NCBI GenBank assembly: GCA_965243135.1
Contig: OZ251539.1
Location: 4,000,001 to 4,064,000, forward strand
DNA length: 64,000 bases
DNA from: Alphaproteobacteria bacterium
GTDB lineage: Bacteria > Pseudomonadota > Alphaproteobacteria > MPNO01 > UBA830
Direction: 5' to 3'
Shown piece by piece: positions 11,472 through 21,770 of the stretch. The stretch's first letter is position 1. Each line of letters begins with the position of its first letter. The notes under the pieces are model-generated. The model worked only from the letters and a program-made list of their open reading frames with translations, had not been told where the DNA came from and did not search any database. Both the position numbers and the translations under genes were made by a program.

Positions 11472-12899
11472 TCAGTTGAATTTCACGTATTCGAAATTGA
11501 ACGGATGGCCATGGATGCCGCGAGCCGGCGGCGCGATCCAGCCGGCGATGCGGCCCGGTTCGTAGCACGGCTTCATCAACGACCTGACGAACTCCTTGTC
11601 CCGTTCGGTCGGCAGCCAGTCCGCGACCCGGCGCTTCCACTCGTCCTCGCCGACGGGGTTTCCCTCGGGCGACACCCGGGCATCGGCAAAATGACCGATG
11701 GCGCGATGGAAGCCGCGATGCGGCAACCGGAAGCGAAAGTCGCCGCCGTGCTTCTCGATCACCTTGTTCCACCGGTTGAGGCCGCGCTGACAGTCGTCGA
11801 TGTAGTCCTGGCGCAGCTTTTCGTTGACCGCGAGCAGGGACGGATGTTCGCGCTCCGCGATCTTGCCGTCCTCCAACGCGAGCACGGGATAGGTCGAATC
11901 GACCAGCCGGTGGTCGTCGTCGATCTTCTCTTCGTGAAAGCGTCCCTTGAGGCTTTGCGTGAAGTAGTTCGCCGCGTTGGTCGAGAGTTCCTGGCCGAAC
12001 AGATCCAGCGAAATCGAGAAATGGAAGTTTATCCATCGCTGCATGGTCGGCAGATCGATCGCGCCGGCCGCCCGCACCCGTTCGGGATCGTCGGTTCCGA
12101 TCTCGTCCATTACCTCGCAGCTGCGCTTGACGATGCGCATGACGCCCGATTCGCCGACGAACATGTGATGCGCCTCTTCGGTCAGCATGAACTTGCAGGT
12201 GCGCGCAAGCGGGTCGAACGCCGACTCGGCGAGGGAGGCGAGTTGGTACTTGCCGTCGCGATCGGTGAAGAACGCGAACATGAACATGGTCAGCCAATCG
12301 GGCGTCGCCTCGTTGAACGCGCCGAGAATGCGCGGGCGGTCCGCGTCGCCCGAATGGCGCTCGAGCATCGCCTCCGCCTCCTCGCGGCCGTCGCGCCCGA
12401 AATGCGCGTGCAGCAGGTACACCATCGCCCACAGGTGGCGGCCTTCCTCGACGTTGATCTGAAACAGGTTTCGCAGGTCGTAGAGCGAAGGCGCGGTGAG
12501 GCCCAGAAGCCGTTGCTGCTCCACCGAAGCGGGCTCCGTATCCCCCTGGGTGACGATGAGGCGGCGCAAGCTGGCGCGGTACTCGCCCGGAACCTCCAGC
12601 CATACCGGTTCGCCCATGTGGTCGCCGAACGGGATCTTGCGATCGGGAACCGGATCGGCGAGGAAGATCCCCCATCGGTATTCGGGCATCTTCACGTAGT
12701 CGAAATGCGCCCAACCGTCGGAGCTGACGTCGACCGCGGTGCGGAGAAAGACGTCGTAGCCCTGCGAACCTTCCGGACCGAGTTCGTCCCACCATGACAG
12801 ATAGTTCGGAAGCCACGATTCGAGGGCGCGCTGCAACCGCCGGTTCTCGCCGAGATCGACGTTGTTGGGGATGCGCTCGTTGTAGCTGATCGACGACAT
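11472..12899 (-). CDS. boxB: Benzoyl-CoA 2,3-epoxidase subunit B
   Basis: ERIPNNV, YVKMPEYRWGIFL, QGDTEPASVEQQR, di-iron EEGRH and EEAHH motifs. Confidence 0.96.
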   Translation of the reverse strand: MSSISYNERIPNNVDLGENRRLQRALESWLPNYLSWWDELGPEGSQGYDVFLRTAVDVSSDGWAHFDYVKMPEYRWGIFLADPVPDRKIPFGDHMGEPVWLEVPGEYRASLRRLIVTQGDTEPASVEQQRLLGLTAPSLYDLRNLFQINVEEGRHLWAMVYLLHAHFGRDGREEAEAMLERHSGDADRPRILGAFNEATPDWLTMFMFAFFTDRDGKYQLASLAESAFDPLARTCKFMLTEEAHHMFVGESGVMRIVKRSCEVMDEIGTDDPERVRAAGAIDLPTMQRWINFHFSISLDLFGQELSTNAANYFTQSLKGRFHEEKIDDDHRLVDSTYPVLALEDGKIAEREHPSLLAVNEKLRQDYIDDCQRGLNRWNKVIEKHGGDFRFRLPHRGFHRAIGHFADARVSPEGNPVGEDEWKRRVADWLPTERDKEFVRSLMKPCYEPGRIAGWIAPPARGIHGHPFNFEYVKFN

Positions 12900-12924
12900 G
12901 TTTCTTTCTCCCTGCCTGCGGGTT

Positions 12925-14598
12925 TCAGACGCGTTCCCTGTCGAAGCCCGCCTTTTTGCCCGTTCCGTAGACCTTGAGGGCCCCTTCTTCGCCGACGGCG
13001 TTGGGCCGCTGGAAAATCCAGTTCTGCCACGCCGAGAGCCGGCCGAATATCTTGGTTTCCAGCGTCTCGGGCCCCGCGAACCGCAGACTCGCCTCCATGC
13101 CCGTCAGCGCGTCGGGCGAAAAGCTCGCACGCTCCTCGACGGCGATCCGCACCTCGTCCTCCCAGTCGATGTCGTCGGGAATGAAGGTGACGAGACCCAA
13201 CTCCTCGGCCGCGGCGGCCTCCAGTTTCTCGCCGATCCTCGGTTCCGCGCGCCCGGCCGCGTCCGGGTCCCCGAAAAACCGGTGCGCCATCCGCGTAAGT
13301 CCGTTCGGCATGGTCAGCGGGCCAAAGTTCATGCCCGTCAGGACCACCGTCGCGGCAGGCTGGTTCGACCCCTCGAAGACGCCGTCCAGCATGTAGGACC
13401 GGTCGGCGGCGAGCGCGAGTTCGAGAAGGGTGCCGGTAAAGCAGCTGCCAGGCTCGATCAGGGCGATGACGGATCGCGCGGACACGTCGATGCGCTTGAA
13501 GACCCGCTTCAGAAAAAGCGTGGTCTCGCGCACCAGCCAGTGGCCGGCGTTCTCCAGCAGCGCCCGGTCGGCGGCCTCGACGGCCGCGGAGTCGCCGACG
13601 GTGCGGAAAACCCAGGTTCCGATCCGCCTTTCGTTGGCCCGCAGTTCCAGGATCGCATCGTCGAGTTCGCGGGCGAGAGCCAGAGGCCAGAACCCGGCGC
13701 CCTGCGCCTCGATCGCGGCGGCGTCGGCGGGCGGGGCGGCGGCCGGCGCCGCGACCGTGACGACGGCGGTGGCGGTTTTCCTGTCTATTTCTACGGTCAT
13801 GTGGTCGTACGCGATGCGGTCCGGTTCGATCGTCCGGCGCAGCGGGGTCAGCGCGACGCCTTTCGCGTCTTCGGGCCTGTCGGTCCGCGCGGCGAACTCC
13901 GCGGCGCGGGCGGCGACGGTTTCGTCGAACGCGGAACGCTGCACGATTTCGTCGACCAGATTCCAGTCGACCGCTCGCGCTCCGCGCACGCCTTCCGAGG
14001 TAGTGCAGAAGAAATCCGCCCGGTCGCGGCGCACCTTCCGCTTGTCGACCAGCCGCGTAAGCCCCCCGGTTCCCGGCAGCACCGCCAGCAAAGGCAGTTC
14101 CGGAAGCGACACGGTGGAAGATCCGTCGTCGATCAGCATGATGCGGTCGCACGCGAGCGCCAGTTCGTATCCGCCCCCGGCGCACGCGCCGTTCACGGCG
14201 GCGACGAACCTGATCCCGGAGTGTTCGCTGGCGTCCTCGATGCCGTTTCGCGTTTCGTTGGTGAACTTGCAGAAATTGACCTTGTGGGCGTGGGAGGATT
14301 GCGAGAGCATGCGGATGTTCGCTCCGGCGCAGAACACCCTCGGCTTGTCCGAGGTGAGGATCACCGCCCCGACGCCGGGATGTTCGAAGCGCAGCCGCTG
14401 AAGGGCGTCGTGCAGTTCGATGTCGACGCCGAGATCGTAGGAATTGAGCTTGAGTTCGTAACCGGGCGCGAGCGTCGCCTGTTCGTCGACGTCCAGCGCC
14501 AGCCGCGCGACGCGGCCGTCGACGCTCAGCTTCCAGTGACGATACTCGTCCGGCGCAGTCCTGAAATCGATGCGCCCTTCCGTCCGTTCTTGCGCCAT
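12925..14598 (-). CDS. boxC: 2,3-epoxybenzoyl-CoA dihydrolase
   Basis: LKLNSYDLGVDIEL, KVNFCKFTNETRN, LSAWQNWIFQRPNAVG; ATG 14598 preceded by GGAGG. Confidence 0.96.
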   Translation of the reverse strand: MAQERTEGRIDFRTAPDEYRHWKLSVDGRVARLALDVDEQATLAPGYELKLNSYDLGVDIELHDALQRLRFEHPGVGAVILTSDKPRVFCAGANIRMLSQSSHAHKVNFCKFTNETRNGIEDASEHSGIRFVAAVNGACAGGGYELALACDRIMLIDDGSSTVSLPELPLLAVLPGTGGLTRLVDKRKVRRDRADFFCTTSEGVRGARAVDWNLVDEIVQRSAFDETVAARAAEFAARTDRPEDAKGVALTPLRRTIEPDRIAYDHMTVEIDRKTATAVVTVAAPAAAPPADAAAIEAQGAGFWPLALARELDDAILELRANERRIGTWVFRTVGDSAAVEAADRALLENAGHWLVRETTLFLKRVFKRIDVSARSVIALIEPGSCFTGTLLELALAADRSYMLDGVFEGSNQPAATVVLTGMNFGPLTMPNGLTRMAHRFFGDPDAAGRAEPRIGEKLEAAAAEELGLVTFIPDDIDWEDEVRIAVEERASFSPDALTGMEASLRFAGPETLETKIFGRLSAWQNWIFQRPNAVGEEGALKVYGTGKKAGFDRERV

Positions 14599-14622
14599 CG
14601 CGCCCTCCGGAATCCGTCTCTT

Positions 14623-14672
14623 CCCGCCCCCGTTTAACATACTATGCGGATAGTATGTTAAACGGGGGCGGG
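14623..14672. promoter_or_regulatory. Perfect 23-bp inverted repeat between divergent boxC and TRAP genes; probable operator
   Basis: CCCGCCCCCGTTTAACATACTAT-gcgg-ATAGTATGTTAAACGGGGGCGGG. Confidence 0.65.
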
Positions 14673-14823
14673 TTTCAAGCGGCGTTCGACCGCGGCCGCA
14701 AAAAAATTCCGCGCTGCCGCCTGCGGACGCCAGGCGGGCGCGGGTCTCCGGCCGACCTTGCCTGCCGCCGGCAGGCCGCCTACCATGACGCGATCGGCGT
14801 CCACCCGCGCGGAGGAGAACTTC

Positions 14824-15825
14824 ATGAAACCACTGCTCGCCGCACTGTCCCTCGCTGCCGTCCTCGCCGCCGCTTCCGCATCGGCAGAGACCAAGCTGCT
14901 CTTCAACCGCTTCGTGCCTCTCAAGCATCCTTTCAACGTCGGCATGTTCGAGCCGTGGGCGAAGGACGTGGAGAGCGCCACCAAGGGCCGCGTGAAGGTC
15001 GAGTTCAGCACGGCGTCGCTCGCGCCCCCGCCGAAGCAGTGGAACATGGTCTCGAAGGGCCTCGCGGACGTCGCCATGCTCGCCAACATCTTCGAGCGCA
15101 ACCGCCTCAAACTGCCGCCCATGGCGCAGCTGCCCTTCCTCGGCGAGAAGGCCGAGGCCCGCGGCGTCGCCCTGTGGCGCACCCACGAGAAGCACTTCGC
15201 GACCGCCAACGAATACAAGGGCATGAAGCTGCTTGGGCTGTGGGTCCTTTCCGGCGCGAATTTCTATCACGGACGCAAGCCCATCCGCTCTCTGGCGGAT
15301 CTCAAGAACGAGAAGATGTGGGTCATCGCCGGCATGCCCAACCGCATGATGAGCGACCTCGGCGCGGTGGTCGTCTCGGTGCCCGGCGTCAAGATGTTCA
15401 ACGTCGTCTCGAAGGGCATCGTAAACGGCACGGTCACCTCGACCTACACGCTGATGGCCTTCAAGACCATGCCCTACATCAAGCATGTAACCCTCGTCCC
15501 CGAGGGTCTCCACGCGGTGACCTTCTCGCTGCTGATGAACGAGAAGAAATGGAAAGGCATGCCCCAGGCCGACAAGGACGCGATCATGTCCGTCTCCGGC
15601 GAGCGGGTCGCGCGGAACGCGGGCCGCAAGACCGACCAGCTCGACGCCGCGATCCAGAAGGCCGCGATCAACGAGGACATCGCGTTCGAGACGGCGAGCC
15701 CCGCCTTCGTCAAGGAGATGAAGTCCGTCGTCGCGCGCTTCACCGACGAGTGGCTCGCCGCGGCAAATTCCCGCGGCGTCGACGGCGAGGCCGCTCTGGC
15801 CTACTTCCGGTCGCAGTCGAAATAG
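14824..15825 (+). CDS. dctP: TRAP transporter substrate-binding protein
   Basis: Signal peptide; WAKDVESATKGRVKVE; MNEKKWKGMP; RBS GGAGGAG. Confidence 0.9.
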   Translation: MKPLLAALSLAAVLAAASASAETKLLFNRFVPLKHPFNVGMFEPWAKDVESATKGRVKVEFSTASLAPPPKQWNMVSKGLADVAMLANIFERNRLKLPPMAQLPFLGEKAEARGVALWRTHEKHFATANEYKGMKLLGLWVLSGANFYHGRKPIRSLADLKNEKMWVIAGMPNRMMSDLGAVVVSVPGVKMFNVVSKGIVNGTVTSTYTLMAFKTMPYIKHVTLVPEGLHAVTFSLLMNEKKWKGMPQADKDAIMSVSGERVARNAGRKTDQLDAAIQKAAINEDIAFETASPAFVKEMKSVVARFTDEWLAAANSRGVDGEAALAYFRSQSK

Positions 15826-15853
15826 GCGGTCCCGCGACCGGCCCGGCCTCCCG

Positions 15854-16330
15854 GTGACGCGGGGTCTGCGCCGCGCCCTGCCGGCGACGGTCGCGGTCGC
15901 CTTCGTCGGCATGGCCGTCCTGACCTTCGCGGACGTGATCGGCCGTTATTTCCTCAATGCGCCGATCCCCGGCGCGTTCGAGATCGTCGGCCTCGTGCTC
16001 GGGTTCGCGACGATGGGCGCGCTTCCGCTCGTGACCTTCCGGGAGCGCCACATCACGGTCGATCTGCTCGACGGCGCATTCCGCGGCAAGCTGCGCCGGG
16101 CGCGCCGGACGGCGGTGCGGCTCGGGACCGCCGCGGCGACGGCCTTCATGGCGGAGCGGCTGCTCGCCGCCGCCGCGGACGAGTGGGCAAGCGACTTCGT
16201 GACCGAGAATCTCGGCATCACCCGTGCGCCGCTCCTCTTCCTCATGGCCGCTCTTTGCGCCGTCACGGCGGCCGGAATGCTGATCGCCGCGGTCCGCGGC
16301 AGGCCGCCGGGAGACCCCGACGCGTGCTGA
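15854..16330 (+). CDS. dctQ: TRAP transporter small permease
   Basis: Four hydrophobic segments; DVIGRYFLNAPIPGAFEI; HITVDLL. Confidence 0.88.
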   Translation: MTRGLRRALPATVAVAFVGMAVLTFADVIGRYFLNAPIPGAFEIVGLVLGFATMGALPLVTFRERHITVDLLDGAFRGKLRRARRTAVRLGTAAATAFMAERLLAAAADEWASDFVTENLGITRAPLLFLMAALCAVTAAGMLIAAVRGRPPGDPDAC

Positions 16331-17613
16331 CCGCGCTCGCGGGCTTCCTCGGGCTGATGGCCGTCGCCCTTATCGGCTTTCCGCTCGGGCTGTGCATGCT
16401 CGCGACCGGGTTCGTCGGCGTCGGCCTGCTGCGCGGCTGGGAGCCGGCCCTCGAGACGGTGAGCCAACAGATCGTCGACGTGACGCTCAACACCAACTTC
16501 GCCGTCCTTCCCATGTTCCTGCTGATGGGCGCGTTCGTCTACCGGGCCGCGCTCTCGGACGACCTCTACGAATGCGCCAACGCCTGGCTCGGGCATTTCA
16601 AGGGCGGGCTCGCGATGGCCACCGTCGCCGCCTGCGGGGGCTTCTCGGCGGTCTCCGGCTCGTCGGCGGCGACGGCCGCGACCATGGCCAAGGTGGCCGT
16701 GCCGTCCATGCGGAAGTTCGCCTACTCGGACAGTCTCGCCGCCGGGACGGTCGCCGCGGGCGGCACCATGGGATTCCTCATTCCGCCCAGCGCGGCGCTG
16801 ATCGTCTACGGCATCCTCACCGAGGAATCCATCGCCGACCTCTTCATCGCGGGAATCGCGCCGGGCGTCCTTACGGTCCTCGTCTACATCCTCGTGATCG
16901 CCATCCTCGCCCGGCTGCGTCCCGGAGACTGCCCGCCCGGCGAGCGGACCAGCTGGGCCGAGCGCTGGCGGACGCTGTACAGGGTCTGGGCGGTGATCGC
17001 CCTGTTCCTGCTGATCCTGGGCGGCATTTCCTTCGGCATGTTCACGCCCAACGAGGCGGGCGGCATCGGCGCGATAGGCGCGCTCGCCTTCGCCGTCGGC
17101 CGCGGACGCATGTCGTGGCGGATCATGTACGAGGCGATCCTCGAGGCCGCGCATACGACGGCGATGATCTTCGTCATCATCATCGGCGCGCTCGTGCTCA
17201 ACAACTTCGTGATCCTGTCTGGACTGTCCGCCGGCGTCGTCGCCTGGGTCGAAACGCTCGCCCTGCCTCCCGCCGCCGTCATCCTGATCATCCTCGGCTT
17301 CTACATCGTCCTCGGCACGGTCATCGAGGGGCTCGCGATGATCTTCCTGACGGTTCCCGTCTTCGTGCCGGTGGTCGAAGGGCTCGGCTTCGACCTCGTC
17401 TGGTTCGGCATCGTGATGGTGATGGTGGTGGAGATCAGCCTGATCACGCCGCCGATCGGACTCAACGTATTCGTGCTGAAATCCATGCTTCCCGACGTCC
17501 CGCTGTCGCGGATATTCCGGGGCATCGTTCCCTTCTTCGCGGCCGACGTCGCGCGGCTGCTGTTGGTCGTCTTCGTCCCCGGCATCGCCCTGTTCCTCCC
17601 GTCGGTCCTGTAG
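16324..17613 (+). CDS. dctM: TRAP transporter large permease
   Basis: FSAVSGSSAAT, GGTMGFLIPPS, FTPNEAG, LITPPIGLNVFV; GTG start overlapping dctQ. Confidence 0.92.
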   Translation: MLTALAGFLGLMAVALIGFPLGLCMLATGFVGVGLLRGWEPALETVSQQIVDVTLNTNFAVLPMFLLMGAFVYRAALSDDLYECANAWLGHFKGGLAMATVAACGGFSAVSGSSAATAATMAKVAVPSMRKFAYSDSLAAGTVAAGGTMGFLIPPSAALIVYGILTEESIADLFIAGIAPGVLTVLVYILVIAILARLRPGDCPPGERTSWAERWRTLYRVWAVIALFLLILGGISFGMFTPNEAGGIGAIGALAFAVGRGRMSWRIMYEAILEAAHTTAMIFVIIIGALVLNNFVILSGLSAGVVAWVETLALPPAAVILIILGFYIVLGTVIEGLAMIFLTVPVFVPVVEGLGFDLVWFGIVMVMVVEISLITPPIGLNVFVLKSMLPDVPLSRIFRGIVPFFAADVARLLLVVFVPGIALFLPSVL

Positions 17614-18329
17614 CGCCGCGGACGGACGCTTCCTCCTGCGCCGGAAGCCCCGCGCGAATCGTTCTTCCCCGGCGACGGAAGCGCCGGAAAGCAACCCGCC
17701 CGGTCACGAGCGCGACGACTTCGCCGGCGCTCCCGCAACGTCGCTACGCCGCCAAGAGCGGGCCTCTTCGCCACGTTCCGCCAGCCGCCGACGCTTCGCT
17801 CCGAAGGGCGTTGTCGAGGTCGCCGGCGCGACAGCGCGGCTCGCGAACGGGCATTCGCGACCGGCCGTCCGAGAAAACCGCGCGGGTTTCGCCCGGCCCG
17901 CGCGAACCGACACAGGCCCGCCGCGCCCGGGGCGAGAGGAGAACGGAGGCGGCGGTTTTCCGGGGACGGGCGGCGGCCCGGCGCCGCGCTTCAGAATTGG
18001 CGGACGAGACGCAATTCGGCGCGATTGCGGTCGTAGTGATAAAGCTGCGCGTTGGATTTTCGGACCTCGTTCGCCAGAACGAGCTGCGGGCTGAAGCCCC
18101 ATACGGTAAACGCCCGGTTGAAGGCCGAGACGCTCAAGACGCCGACCCGATCTCTTCGGGACGCCCCGTCCGGAGTGAACGGCCACCAGCGGCCCCGGTA
18201 TTCCGTCCTCCGCAATTCGGCGTTCCCGCCGAACGTGAAGCCGAACGGAACCGCGACGGCGACGCCGGCCCGCGCCCAACGCGAAGAATTGCGCCATACC
18301 GGCGAAGCCGGACGCTCGCGGGCGTAGCC

Positions 18330-20731
18330 CTGCCCTGTGAACACAAACAAGGCTCTGGACAGAGACAATCGATTCGCGTATTCACCAAGACGCCATGGAT
18401 ACGCAGAATCTTGTCAAGCAACGCCTGAGCACGCCTGAGGCATTGCAGCGGGTCGGCGGATTACTGTCTGCCGAACCGCAACTTTCGCGAGCCGAACTCA
18501 GCCGCAGGGTTTGTCACGAGTTCGGCTTTTTCGATGCCCGCGGGCGTCCGCAGATCAGTAGTTGCAACGCGGCTCTTGGCGTTCTCGCGACGGACGGACG
18601 GATTGCTCTGCCGCCACCGCGAGGAAGCGGAGGCCGCCGGGTGCGCCGCAACCCGGAACCGGTGCCGCCCGCGGTAGACGTTCCCGAACGGGTGGATCTC
18701 ATCGAGGAGCTACAGTTGGTCCCGGTGCAGAACCCTGCACAGAGCGCAATCTGGAACGAATTGATGATCACGGAACACCCCCTCGGCAAGGCGGTGCTGG
18801 TTGGTTATCAGTGCCGTTATCTCGTGGGTTCGTCCCATGGCTGGCTCGGCGCGGTGGGTTTTGCCGCCTCGGCGCGGCGCCTGGCGGCGCGCGACAACTG
18901 GATCGGCTGGGACGACAAGACGCGGGAGCGGCGCCTTCACCGCATCGTCGGGCTGAACCGCTTTCTGATCCGGCCCGGCGTCGAGTGCCGCAATCTCGCG
19001 TCACAGGTGTTGAGCATGTCGCTGACGACGATGGCGCAGGACTTCGAGGAACGCTACGGCCATCGCCCCTGGTTGGTGGAGACCTTTGTCGACCCGGCGC
19101 ATCACCTAGGGATCTCGCTCCGCGCGGCGAACTGGACGCATGTGGGCGCAACTCGCGGACGCGGCCGGCAGGACCGGAAAGGACTGGCGGCCGAGTCCAT
19201 GAAAGAGATATACATGTACGAGCTCGAACCGGGTTGCCGGGCAACGCTGAGCGCCCGGCCGGCCCTCCCGGTGCCGGTCGGCGAAGGGCTGTCGCGCGAG
19301 TGCTGGGCCGAGAACGAGTTCGGAGGTGCGCCGTTGGGAGACAAGCGTCTGGCGAAGCGCCTGGTCGACAGTGCCCATGCCCAGGCGGAGGCACCGCACG
19401 CTCCCTTCTCGGTAGCGGCGGGCGGAAACATGGCGGCAGTGACGGGGTTTTACCGCCTGCCGTCCGCGAGACGAGCCGGGGGCGGTCACGCCGGAAAACA
19501 TCCTGACGCCGCACAAGGAGCGCACGCTCGGGCGAATGCAGACACGGGATACGGTTCTGTGCCTTCAGGACGGCACCGACCTGAACTTCGCCACGCGTGC
19601 GCAGTGCGACGACCTGGGCGTAATTGGGCACAACCAGACCAGCGCCAAGACCGCCGGACTTCATCTGCACACGACGATGGCGGTGGATGACGCCGGCTTG
19701 CCGCTGGGTCTGCTGAAGCTCGAGTTCGACGCGCCTCGGCCGGGCAAGGACAAGCTGCCGGAAGAACGCAAGTCGGCACGGTGGCTTCGAGGGCTGCGCG
19801 AATGCGCCGAGGCGGCCCGGCGGCTCGAAGGTACGCAACTGGTCAGCGTGATGGACCGGGAAGCGGACTTCTTCGAAATGTTCGCCGAGCAGCGGCGTCT
19901 CGGCAATATCGACATTCTGGTGCGCGCCAAGCACAGCCGGAAGTTGTCGAAAACGGAGAAGCTGTTCGACAGCGTCCGCGCCGCGCCGGTTCAAGGGCAC
20001 CGGAAACTTACGGTCTCGCGCCTGAGCCAACGGCCCAAGGTCAGCAAACGCAAGGCGACGAACGGGCGCAAGGAACGCGTCGCCGACATGGAGATTCGGA
20101 CCGTCTCTCTGCCGCCGACGTCGGGCGGAACCGCGCCGCTTCCCGTTCAGGTCGTTCACATCAGCGAGCCGAAGCCGCCGGAAGGGGCCAAACCGGTCGA
20201 ATGGTTCCTGCTTACCACGGTCGCCGTTTCGTCCGTCGAAGACGCCATGCGGGTCGTGGGTTGGTACGCCCTGAGATGGCGCATCGAAGACTGGCATCGC
20301 ACGCTGAAGTCCGGGTGCAAGGTCGAAGAAACGGGCCACCGCACCGCAGCGCGCCTCGAACGCGTGATTGCGATCAACGCAGTCATCGCATGGCGCGTCA
20401 TGCTGATGGCGCTGCTGGCGCGCGAGACGCCGGACGTCCCCGCCGGGCTCATGTTCTCGGACATGGAACTGCTCGTCATCGAAGACTACGCGACGAAACT
20501 GCCGAGAACGCCGAAGCCGAGGACGCTCAAAGAAGCGGTGCTGATCGTCGCCATCATGGCCGGCTACCGCAACCGCAAGCACGACCCGCCGCCCGGCCAT
20601 CAGAAAATCTGGCAGGGTTATTCCTATCTCTCCGGCTATTGTCAGGCATACGAGGATCTGGCGGAAATCAAGAAATCGGGACGATCGCATCCCCTGCTCA
20701 GTCCAGAAGGGGATTTGTGATGACAGGGCAG
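18330..20731 (+). mobile_element. IS4-family insertion sequence
   Basis: Terminal inverted repeats CTGCCCTGT..A.CACAAA; 8-bp target duplication GCGTAGCC (18322-18329 and 20732-20739). Confidence 0.9.
18395..20720 (+). pseudogene. IS4/Tn5-like transposase with N-terminal DUF4338 domain, one frameshift near 19460
   Basis: ARDNWIGWD, RFLIRPGV, WLVETFVD (DUF4338); WAENEFGGAPLGDKRL, QDGTDLNF, VMDREAD, YALRWRIEDWHRTLKSGCKVE (IS4 DDE). Confidence 0.85.
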
Positions 20732-21770
20732 GCGTAGCCGGCCTCCATGTCGATCCGCAAAGTCTGCGTCGCGCGCCAGACGGCGACGAGCGCAGCGTCC
20801 ATGATCGGCCCGTCGAACCGCCGGTCGTCCCGCCGATGCTCGCGTCGATGCCAGGATGCCTGCGCCCGCACCGTCCATCGCCGGTCGAGGCGGCGCTTGA
20901 CTTCGAGCCGCGCTCCAAGCGCGCGGCTGTGCGGCGTTCCCGCAAACCAGCGGCGGCCGCTGGCCAAGAGGCTGGCCTCGGTTTCTTCGTCCGCCAACCA
21001 GCGCGGACCGAGGTGTCCCGACAGGTAGGTGCGGTCGAACCCGCTCCCTGCGTACTCCCGACGGGCGACGTCCGCGCCGACGCGCAACCGCAGCCGGGAG
21101 TTGAGCGGGTGCTGGTATTCTCCGCCGCCCCAGACGACGATTCCCGTCCCGGAACGCTTTTCCTGCGGCGCGTCCAAGCGGAACGGCAGTCCGCCGATGT
21201 AGAGGATCCGCGCGCCCGAAACCGCGTTGACGTTGCTGTCCGGCGCCAGCGCGGCCCCGAAATAACCTCGCGCCCGGCGGCGCGCCCTGATCTCGTTGAG
21301 GAAACGGCGAACGTTGGCCGCCACCGCGGGCGGCGGCTCTCCGGCCAGAACGCGCTCGAAATGGGTCCGCGAAAGATCGTCATCCCCGAGCAGGAAAAAC
21401 GCTCGCGCCAGTTCGAGGCGAACGCGCGTCAAGGCCGGTCGATCGACCAGAATGGCGCGCAGGGCAGCGACGGCTTCGCGAAGCAAGGCGGCCCGGTCCG
21501 GGGTTCCGGCCCGTTCGGCCGCCCCGATCGCCGCCAGGCCGACGAGGAACAGCACGTCGGTCCTGTCCGGGTGGTTCGGCGCGAGCGGACGAAGGGCGGC
21601 GAGCGCTTCGTCGAAGCGGCCGCTTTCGACCATCGCCCTCGCGGCCCTGACCCGGGGATCCGACGACAGATGCGACCGATCAGGCGCGCCGACGGCCGAG
21701 GCGTGCGACAGGAAAACGGCAAGAAGAGCGCAGGCCGCTCGCGTCCATGCCTTCGTCGCCACGCGCAACC

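Larger units (their letters stand above)
17991..21768 (-). pseudogene. Slam-like (TPR + DUF560 beta-barrel) surface lipoprotein assembly modifier, interrupted by an IS4-like element
   Basis: RVRLELARAFF and APDSNVN motifs; removing the IS rejoins MEAGYA-RERPASP in frame; ends SNAQLYHYDRNRAELRLVRQF with terminal Phe; start approximate. Confidence 0.85.

Noticed and set aside
12925-15912. 995-aa ORF as an extended BoxC fusion
   Set aside because: The extension is the antisense shadow of dctP; BoxC homology and an RBS begin at 14598.
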